15,263 bases of DNA from Planctomycetota bacterium. GTDB lineage: Bacteria > Planctomycetota > SZUA-567 > H5-PLA8. Of the stretch, positions 6,826-13,535 are shown piece by piece; position 1 is the first letter of the stretch, and every line of letters starts with the position of its first letter. A program made the position numbers and the translations under genes. The stretch is taken from assembly GCA_038227875.1 (NCBI GenBank), contig JBBRPR010000109.1, positions 1-15,263 on the forward strand, read 5' to 3'. The notes under the pieces were generated by a model. The model worked only from the letters and a program-made list of their open reading frames with translations, was not told where the DNA came from and did no database searches.

Positions 6826-7725
6826 ATGATTGGATACCTGCGCCTCGTTCGTCTGCCGAATGTGTTCACGGCTCTCGCTGACATTATCGCCGCATTCACG
6901 ATCATGAAATTCAGCGGCGCGTCGGTCACTTATGCCACGCTGGCGTTGCTGATGGGCGCGTCGGGAGCGCTGTATTTGTCGGGGATGGCGCTCAACGATC
7001 TGGCCGACCGAGAGGAGGACGCGCGGGTGCGGCCCAACCGGCCGATTCCATGCGGGCAGGTTTCGGTGACGGCGGCAGCGATCTGCGGCTTCGCGCTGAT
7101 GTTCGGCGGAATCGGTTTGGCGGCATTGAGCGGCGTCTCGCTGGCGTGGGCGGTGGCGCTGGCGATTTCAATTCTCGCCTATGATTTCGCAGCCAAGCAC
7201 GTCATCGTGCTCGGTCCGATCACGCTGGGTTTCTGCCGCTTCTTCAATGTGCTGCTGGGCTCCGCCGTGGCCACAACGACGACGTGGGAGGTGCTCAAGG
7301 ACGGCGGCGTGATGAACAAGCCCCTGGTGATGGCCTTGACGATCGGCATTTACGCCGCGGGCCTCACCGCGTTTTCCGCGCAGGAAGAAACCGGCAAGCA
7401 GATCCGCTCGATTGTGATTGGCTGGTTTTTCTGCGGCATCGCTTTGGCGCTGGGCGGACTGACAGGCAAAACATTTTACGGCTGGATTTTTCTCGGTCCG
7501 TTGCTGCTGCTGCTGCTGTATCGCACCGTCCAACTGGCGCGATCCGGCACGCCGATCGCCGCGCGCAACCTGGTGAGGACAGGTGTGATGGGCGTCTGCA
7601 TCGTCGACGCCGGATTGGTCCTGAATTTCGCCGGCCCGGACGCGTGGCCCGCGGCCATTGGCTGCGCGGCGCTATTGATACCGTCGATCCTCATTTCAAA
7701 GTGGCTCGCGCAGAAGGAAGCGTGA
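6826..7725 (+). CDS. UbiA-family prenyltransferase, EboC-like
   Basis: 'YLRLVRLPNVFTALADI', first Asp-rich motif 'GMALNDLADREEDARVRPNRPIPCG', 'LAYDFAAKH', 'GFCRFFNVLLG', multi-TM. Start moved to the ATG at 6826. Confidence 0.88.
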   Translation: MIGYLRLVRLPNVFTALADIIAAFTIMKFSGASVTYATLALLMGASGALYLSGMALNDLADREEDARVRPNRPIPCGQVSVTAAAICGFALMFGGIGLAALSGVSLAWAVALAISILAYDFAAKHVIVLGPITLGFCRFFNVLLGSAVATTTTWEVLKDGGVMNKPLVMALTIGIYAAGLTAFSAQEETGKQIRSIVIGWFFCGIALALGGLTGKTFYGWIFLGPLLLLLLYRTVQLARSGTPIAARNLVRTGVMGVCIVDAGLVLNFAGPDAWPAAIGCAALLIPSILISKWLAQKEA

Positions 7726-7790
7726 AAGGGACAGTTTTCCTTTCACAATTTCCATCGGACTGCGCGCGCCCGTTGCCACACTTCGCTCAC

Positions 7791-7820
7791 TTGCGCTAAC
7801 GCGCGCAACGACGGTATAGT
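7791..7820 (+). promoter_or_regulatory. Possible sigma70-type promoter for the GspE-like gene
   Basis: TTGCGC (7791-7796), 18-nt spacer, TATAGT (7815-7820). GGAG SD at 7841-7844 and ATG at 7854. Confidence 0.35.
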
Positions 7821-7853
7821 AATCGCGACGTACGAACCTCGGAGCAACCTACG

Positions 7854-9191
7854 ATGAGCGACAAGAAAGCTGGAGGCGCTGCGGTCGAGTCCAATAATCT
7901 CGCGGAAGCGGTGGCGGCGACGGAGCATCTCGTCCATTTCGTCTCCTCGCGCCCGATCCCCGAAGATTCCCACAAGCAGGCGCTGCTGGAAGCCATCGGA
8001 CAAATGTTCGAAGCGGCATCGCACGCGCTCTATTTCGATCCCAGCAGCGCAGGGTTGCGCATCAGCATTCCCACCGTGTCGGGGTTGCATGAAATTATTT
8101 CGCTGCCTCTCTCCGTCGGCCGGCAAGTGATCGAAGCGATCCGGGTCGAGACGTCGATGAAAGACGATCCGGGCGGCGGCGTGCACGGACCGTTCGCGCA
8201 TGGCGTGATGCGCGTCGAACAGGGCGGCGTCGAGCGGCGCTTGAACGTCGATCTGATTCCCACCGTCTACGGCTCGGCGGCGGTGCTGCGACTGATGCCA
8301 TCGCTGCCAGCCAGCAGCGGCGATCTGGCCGCGATCGGTTTTTCGCAGACGCAGGCGCCCACGATGGAAGCCCTGCTCACCAGCGGCAGCGGTCTGGTGT
8401 TGCTCGGTGGCCCCGACCGCGATTGGGTGCTGAACACCTGCTCGGGGTTGCTCTCCAAGGCGGCGATGCTCGGCCGCCGTCCGGTCGTGGTGGCGTCGCG
8501 TGCCGGAGCGGACATGGCCGGCGTCGCGCGCGTCGAAACCGGCCGCGATCCGGCTGACACCGCCAGCGCCATTTCGCGTCTGGCCGCCGCCGACTACGCG
8601 TGTATCGGCGTCGAGAATTTTCTCTCTGAAGAAGTCGCGCGCGCGGCGGCGGCAGCGGTGAGCGAACACAAGACGCTGATCTTCGGCATCTGCGGCGGAC
8701 GCAGCGCGCCGGAAGCCGTGGGCCAGTTTTACAGCCTGGGACTGCCCGGACCGGTCAACGCCGCGCTGGCGCTGGCTACGTGTCAGATCCAGATTCCGCT
8801 GCTCTGCGGCAAATGCGCGAAATGGGGCGACGTCTCCAACGAAGACGTTTCGTACTTCGGGCTCGATCCGTCGAAGCAGACGAACTTTTTCGTGCGCACC
8901 GGCTGCGCGGTCTGCAACGGTCAGATCCTGGAATTCGCACAGACGTTCGAGATCACGCAGATCACCGATGGCCTTCGCGAGAAAATCCGCATGGGCCTGC
9001 CCTTCGCCCGACTGGAAGGCGAACTGATGACGATGCCCGGCTACACGAAGCTGCTCCACCGCTTCGGCGAATTGATCCAGGAAGGAAAAAGTTCCGCGAC
9101 CGAAGCGCGCCATTATTACATGTGGCAGATTCCCAACGCCCCTCGCTCCGCGGGCGCTGCGCCGTCGGGCAGCAGCATGAAAGCGGTGTGA
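7854..9191 (+). CDS. GspE/PulE/PilB-like protein with degenerate ATPase motifs
   Basis: Family architecture: 'ASHALYFDP...LRI', 'IPTVYGSAAVLRL', 'LAAIGFS', 'SGLVLLGGP', and a tetracysteine Zn motif 'LCGKC...GCAVCNG' followed by 'FEITQITDGLREKI'. Walker A GKT is absent. Confidence 0.8.
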   Translation: MSDKKAGGAAVESNNLAEAVAATEHLVHFVSSRPIPEDSHKQALLEAIGQMFEAASHALYFDPSSAGLRISIPTVSGLHEIISLPLSVGRQVIEAIRVETSMKDDPGGGVHGPFAHGVMRVEQGGVERRLNVDLIPTVYGSAAVLRLMPSLPASSGDLAAIGFSQTQAPTMEALLTSGSGLVLLGGPDRDWVLNTCSGLLSKAAMLGRRPVVVASRAGADMAGVARVETGRDPADTASAISRLAAADYACIGVENFLSEEVARAAAAAVSEHKTLIFGICGGRSAPEAVGQFYSLGLPGPVNAALALATCQIQIPLLCGKCAKWGDVSNEDVSYFGLDPSKQTNFFVRTGCAVCNGQILEFAQTFEITQITDGLREKIRMGLPFARLEGELMTMPGYTKLLHRFGELIQEGKSSATEARHYYMWQIPNAPRSAGAAPSGSSMKAV

Positions 9192-9340
9192 ACGGAGTCA
9201 TTGGTCATTGGTCATTGGTCATTGGGCAATGGTCATCGGTCATTTTTCATTTACGTGGAGCGTGGTGGCAAGCCGAAGAGCCTGTCGACCGCACTCCGTA
9301 AATGACCAATGACCAATGACCAATGACCAATGAGTCCGTT
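9191..9340. repeat. Long imperfect inverted repeat built from GTCATTG / CAATGAC heptamer tandem arrays
   Basis: Left arm: AACGGA + (GTCATTG)x4 at 9197-9224 + four degenerate units to 9252 + ACGTGGAG. Right arm: CTCCGT-AAATGAC + (CAATGAC)x3 + CAATGAG + TCCGTT (9294-9340). It fills the gap between two convergent stops. Confidence 0.92.
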
Positions 9341-9342
9341 TC

Positions 9343-10548
9343 CTACTCCCCGGATTTCCACGGCGGCAACTCGCAGCGCAGTGCGCCGTCGTGCCGATAG
9401 CCGAGAGCATATTCGGCCTGGATGATCTGCTGGACTTCCTTCGTGCCTTCGTAAATCACGGCGCCGCGGCTGTTGCGCCAGAAGCGTTCGACGGGGAATT
9501 CGTTGCTGAAACCGTACGCGCCGTGAATTTCGATCGCGTGATCGGCGGCGAGCTGGGCGTTGACGGTGTTGGTCCACTTGGCCAGCGCAACTTCCCGCGT
9601 GCATCGCTTGCCCTCGTTCTTCATCCAGCCGCAGCGGCGGACCAGCAGGTCGCCGATATCGAGATTCTGCTGCATGTTGGCGATCATCTGCTGGACGAGC
9701 TGATGCTTGCCGATCTCGCGCTTGAAAGTCGTGCGTTCGTGGCAGTACTTAACGCTGGCGTCGAGGCTGGCGCGAATCAGTCCGACAGCTCCCGCGGCCA
9801 CGGTGAAGCGGCCGTTGTCGAGTGACGACATGGCGATGCGGAATCCTTCGTCGGCGTGGCCGAGAATATTCGCTTCCGGAATTTCCACGTCTGAGAACGC
9901 CACTCCGCCGGTGATACCGCCGCGCACGCCCAGCTTTCCGTGCAGCTCGTACGGCTTCACGCCCTTCCATTGCCGCTCGACGATAAACGCGGTGATGCCG
10001 GAATGATCGCGCACCGCCTGCTTGGCGCGGTCGGTGTAGGCCATGACCAGATACTGATCGGCGACGGTGCTGAGACTGATCCAGATTTTCTCGCCGTTCA
10101 GGACATAGCGGTCGCCCTTCTTTTCGGCGAACGCCTGGATGCCGGCGACATCGCTGCCGGCGGCCGGTTCGGTGAGGCAGAACGTCGAGAGTTTTTCACC
10201 GCGAGCCAGGGGCGCGAGGTACTTCTGTTTCTGCTCTTCGGTGCCCCACTGCAGCAGCGCGCAGCAATGCAGGCCGTTGTGGACGGAGATGATCACGCGC
10301 GCGGAAGAGTCGATGTATTCGAATTCGTCGGAGAGAATCGCCAGCGTGTGATAATCGAGGCCCAGGCCGCCGTATTTTTTGGGAACGCTGCAGCCCAGGA
10401 ATCCCTCTTCACCCATCTTCTTGTAAATGGACGGATCGGCCTTGGCGTCCTGGTCGCGTTCGCGGACTCCGGGAGCGACGATGCGTTTGGCGAAGTCGCG
10501 CGCGGCTTCTCGAAAGCTTTCATGGTCGGCGTTGTACGTGAGGTCCAT
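9343..10548 (-). CDS. Acyl-CoA dehydrogenase family protein
   Basis: 'FCLTEPAAGSDV', 'LNGEKIWIS', 'KLGVRG', 'IHGAYGFSNEFPVERFWRN', 'IYEGTKEVQ'. Start moved from 10701 to the ATG at 10548 (MDLTYNADHE, GGGAG upstream), which removes the overlap with yggS. Substrate not determined. Confidence 0.95.
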   Translation of the reverse strand: MDLTYNADHESFREAARDFAKRIVAPGVRERDQDAKADPSIYKKMGEEGFLGCSVPKKYGGLGLDYHTLAILSDEFEYIDSSARVIISVHNGLHCCALLQWGTEEQKQKYLAPLARGEKLSTFCLTEPAAGSDVAGIQAFAEKKGDRYVLNGEKIWISLSTVADQYLVMAYTDRAKQAVRDHSGITAFIVERQWKGVKPYELHGKLGVRGGITGGVAFSDVEIPEANILGHADEGFRIAMSSLDNGRFTVAAGAVGLIRASLDASVKYCHERTTFKREIGKHQLVQQMIANMQQNLDIGDLLVRRCGWMKNEGKRCTREVALAKWTNTVNAQLAADHAIEIHGAYGFSNEFPVERFWRNSRGAVIYEGTKEVQQIIQAEYALGYRHDGALRCELPPWKSGE

Positions 10549-10627
10549 AAAGTGATAATCTCCCGGGGAGTGCGCTTCGGTGTGGAAGCCACAACCGAAA
10601 ACACCTTCGATGGAGAGAGTATAACCG

Positions 10628-11419
10628 ATGATTCCCTCCGGCGACGCCATTTCAGTCGAATCGCTTGCGCGAAATTTAAAACACGTGCGCGATCGCATCA
10701 CGCAAGCTGCGGCAAAGAGCGGCCGCCAGCCCGACGCCGTTCAACTGATCGCCGTGACCAAGTACGCCGGCGCAGGACAGATTGAAGCGTTGCAGGGCAT
10801 GGGCGTGACCAACATCGGGGAATCGCGCGTGCAGGACGCGGAACGCAAGTTCGCCACGATGCTCGCCGCCAATACCAAATCCGGCGGCAAGAGCGATCCC
10901 TACGCGCTCAACTGGCACATGATCGGTCATCTGCAATCGAACAAAGCCGACAAAGCCGCGCGCATATTCCACGTCGTCCATTCGCTCGATTCGGTGCGGC
11001 TGGCCGAGGTGCTCAACCAGGAGCTCTCGCGCCCGCCCAACCCCGCGCACCCGACGCTGCTCCACCAGGTACTGCTGGAAGTCAACGTCGCTGAAGACGC
11101 CAAGAAGTACGGTCTTGAGCCGAAGATCGAGGAGCTGTGCAGCCTGTTGAAACTCTGTTCCGAATATGACCGCATGACCGTCGTCGGGCTGATGACGATG
11201 GCTCCGCATTCGGTCCATCCCGAAAAAACCTCGCGCCCCGTTTTCAAGCGACTCAACGACCTGCTCCAGGAATGCAACGAACGCCACGCCTACCGCGCGC
11301 CGCTGACAGAACTGTCGATGGGCATGACACAGGATTACGCCATCGCCGTGGAAGAAGGCGCGACGATGGTCCGCGTCGGATCAGCGCTGTTTCAGATGGA
11401 AGACGAGAGCCGCTGGTAA
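10628..11419 (+). CDS. yggS: Pyridoxal phosphate homeostasis protein (YggS/PLPBP)
   Basis: 'LIAVTKY' (PLP Lys), 'IGESRVQD', 'WHMIGHLQSNKA', 'HSLDS', 'GLMTMAP', 'LSMGMTQDY.IAVEEGATMVRVGSALF'. Confidence 0.97.
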   Translation: MIPSGDAISVESLARNLKHVRDRITQAAAKSGRQPDAVQLIAVTKYAGAGQIEALQGMGVTNIGESRVQDAERKFATMLAANTKSGGKSDPYALNWHMIGHLQSNKADKAARIFHVVHSLDSVRLAEVLNQELSRPPNPAHPTLLHQVLLEVNVAEDAKKYGLEPKIEELCSLLKLCSEYDRMTVVGLMTMAPHSVHPEKTSRPVFKRLNDLLQECNERHAYRAPLTELSMGMTQDYAIAVEEGATMVRVGSALFQMEDESRW

Positions 11420-11427
11420 AACAAACG

Positions 11428-11534
11428 ATGAACGATGATTGATGAATCCGGAGTGAGGCTCCGCGAAAAAAACTCGCCGCTAAATGCGGCGAGTTTTTAT
11501 TCGAGATTTCTAACATTCATCAATCATCGTTCAT
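11428..11534. repeat. Perfect 20-bp inverted repeat with 7-nt internal periodicity, enclosing a terminator
   Basis: ATGAACGATGATTGATGAAT (11428-11447) is the exact reverse complement of ATTCATCAATCATCGTTCAT (11515-11534). Confidence 0.9.
11468..11498. terminator. Bidirectional intrinsic terminator between yggS and the GH2 gene
   Basis: AAAAACTCGCCGC-TAAAT-GCGGCGAGTTTTT: GC stem with an A-tract before and a T-tract after, between convergent genes. Confidence 0.85.
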
Positions 11535-11545
11535 AGTTAGTTGTG

Positions 11546-13345
11546 CTATGTCAGCTTCTCAATCGCCGCCACTTTCGTCTGCGCTTTGTTGATGCGCTGC
11601 ATGTCGAATTTGGTGCCGCGGTCGAACGTGAAGATGCCGTTCTGTTCCTGATAGACGTCGGTCAACTGCGTGTAGCAGTAACCGAAGTGGTTGGGGTCGT
11701 CGAGCAGCACGGCGCAGAGTTTTTCGAAGCGGTCGTAGAATTCTTCGATCGTCTTCGGGCCGTTGCCGTAACCCCAGGAGTCCTCGCCCGCTTTCGCCTT
11801 CGGATTCCAGAGGATGCCGCCAAATTCGCTGCAGAAGTACGGCTGGCCGCGGTAGGGCAGCGACCACTGGCGGTTGTTCGGTCCGGTGTTGATCCACGGC
11901 TTGCCTTCGCCGACCTTGCCCTGGTTGGCTTTGAACTTCACCGGATCCTGCTCGTAATCGTGGGAGTCGTAGACGTCGGTCTCGGCGACGCGGTGCGAGT
12001 AGCCGGAGGTATCGAGCACCGGTCGCGTCGTGTCCATCGCTTTCGTGGCGAGGAACATCGCGCGCGTCACCACGTCCAGCTGCGTGATCTGATCGGTGAT
12101 GCCCTGCCACGTTTCGTTGAGCGGACACCAGCCGACAATCGCCGGATGCGAATAATCGCGTTCGACGGCTTCCAGCCATTCGGTGATGTAGCTGGCGGTG
12201 TGCTGCTGGTTGCCGCCGTCGGGACCGTTCTGATTGCTGCCCCAGTCGGCGAACTCGCCCCAGACGATGTAGCCGAGTTTGTCGCAATGGTAGAGGAAGC
12301 GTTCTTCGAAGACCTTCTGATGCAGCCGCGCGCCGTTGAAGCCAGCCTCCATGCTCAAGGTAATGTCCTTGATCAACGCCTCTTCGCTCGGCGCGGTGAG
12401 AATGCCATTCGGATAGTAGCCCTGGTCGAGCACCAACCGCTGGAAGACGGGCTTGCCGTTGATCTTGATTTTCTTCCCTTCAATCGTGATCCCGCGCAGA
12501 CCGGCGTAGCTGCTGGCGCTGTCCACGGTTTTGCCGGAGGCGTCGAGCAGTTCGATCTGGAGGTCGTAGAGATGGGGATCGGAGATCGACCAGAGGCGCA
12601 CGCGCTCCTGCGGGATTTTCAGGTCGATGCGTGGCGAAAGATCCGTGTCGGCAGGGACGGTGACGCTGACGACCTGACCTTTGGCATCGGTTAGCGTTGC
12701 TTTCAGCTTCAGTCCCGGCTGATTGGACGTGAGCGGCTGAACGAGCTGCAGCGTGCTGTTGCCCACATCGGGCGTGATACGGGGACGGCGCAGCGCGGTT
12801 TCGGGGACCGGTTCCAGCCAGACCGTCTGCCAGATGCCGGTGGTGCGTGTGTAGTGGCAGCCGAAATTCTGATAGAGCATCGACTGCTTGCCGCGCGGCT
12901 GCACCGGTCCGCGGTCATCGCGGGCGCGGACGGTGATCGTTACGGTCTGTCCCGGAGCCGCGACGCCACGCAGGTCGGCGCTGAAGGGCGTGAAGCCGCC
13001 GCGGTGGCGAACGACTTCCGTCTCGTTGACCCAGACGGTCGTGTCGTAGTCGCTGGCCTGAAAGTGCAGGAGCACATTCTTGCCGGCCCAGTCCTTGGGG
13101 ATCGTGACCTCGCGCTTGTACCAGACGCAGTCCATGAAATCGACATAGCCGACGCCGGAGAGCGTGGATTCCGGACAGAACGGCAGCGTGATTTTATTCG
13201 CGAGCTTGTTCTTCAGCAGGCCGCGGGTAAGCCCCGTGTCGCCGTGATCGATTTCGAACTGCCATTCACCATTCAAATTCAGCCAGTCCTTCCGGACGAA
13301 CTGGGGACGCGGGTATTCAGGGCGCGGGATGGACGGAGTGGACAT
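11546..13345 (-). CDS. Glycoside hydrolase family 2 (beta-galactosidase/beta-glucuronidase-like), no signal peptide
   Basis: 'PRPEYPRPQF..WLNLNGEWQF', 'LHFQASDY', 'HRGGFTPF', 'GIWQTVWLE', 'GFNGARLHQK', acid/base 'HPAIVGWCPLNE', nucleophile 'FCSEFGG', 'YTQLTDVYQEQNG'. GAGGA SD upstream. Confidence 0.95.
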   Translation of the reverse strand: MSTPSIPRPEYPRPQFVRKDWLNLNGEWQFEIDHGDTGLTRGLLKNKLANKITLPFCPESTLSGVGYVDFMDCVWYKREVTIPKDWAGKNVLLHFQASDYDTTVWVNETEVVRHRGGFTPFSADLRGVAAPGQTVTITVRARDDRGPVQPRGKQSMLYQNFGCHYTRTTGIWQTVWLEPVPETALRRPRITPDVGNSTLQLVQPLTSNQPGLKLKATLTDAKGQVVSVTVPADTDLSPRIDLKIPQERVRLWSISDPHLYDLQIELLDASGKTVDSASSYAGLRGITIEGKKIKINGKPVFQRLVLDQGYYPNGILTAPSEEALIKDITLSMEAGFNGARLHQKVFEERFLYHCDKLGYIVWGEFADWGSNQNGPDGGNQQHTASYITEWLEAVERDYSHPAIVGWCPLNETWQGITDQITQLDVVTRAMFLATKAMDTTRPVLDTSGYSHRVAETDVYDSHDYEQDPVKFKANQGKVGEGKPWINTGPNNRQWSLPYRGQPYFCSEFGGILWNPKAKAGEDSWGYGNGPKTIEEFYDRFEKLCAVLLDDPNHFGYCYTQLTDVYQEQNGIFTFDRGTKFDMQRINKAQTKVAAIEKLT

Positions 13346-13535
13346 GTCTTAAATCCTCAAGGGAGTAAAGTATCAACGCCCCAAGAGTACCCCGCTGCAC
13401 TCGTGGAGTACATCGGTCGGCTGCACGACCACCTTCGTAAAATACACATGAGGCGAGTTTGGAATCCAACAATGGAAGCGATCTTTCGCGAATTTTTGGA
13501 TTTTCAATTTTGAGATTTGAATTACTTTTCAACGC

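Noticed and set aside
7743..9113. 456-aa minus-strand ORF
   Set aside because: Antisense shadow of the GspE-like gene with no recognisable motifs.
9197..9334. Repeat arrays as a CRISPR
   Set aside because: Contiguous 7-nt units with no spacers, and no cas genes.
8780..9604. ORFs containing 'VIGHWSLVIG' repeats (8780-9301 +, 9251-9604 -)
   Set aside because: Spurious translations of the heptamer repeat that overlap real genes.
9940..10785. 281-aa plus-strand ORF, and the 5' extension of the acyl-CoA dehydrogenase to 10701
   Set aside because: The ORF is an antisense shadow. The extension would overlap yggS head-to-head, and family similarity starts at 10548.
11543..12694. 383-aa plus-strand ORF (and 12854-13513)
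   Set aside because: Antisense shadows of the GH2 gene.
9343..13345. Functional link of acyl-CoA dehydrogenase, yggS or GH2 to the MNIO system
   Set aside because: Different orientations, separated by hairpins and terminators. These are ordinary metabolic genes with no evidence of linkage.
13494..13523. Weak 7-nt periodic T-rich run (TTTTGGA TTTTCAA TTTTGAG ATTTGAA), and a short TCTTTGCG-like repeat near 6745-6770
   Set aside because: Too short and degenerate, with no inverted partner. Noted only as possibly related to the heptamer repeats.
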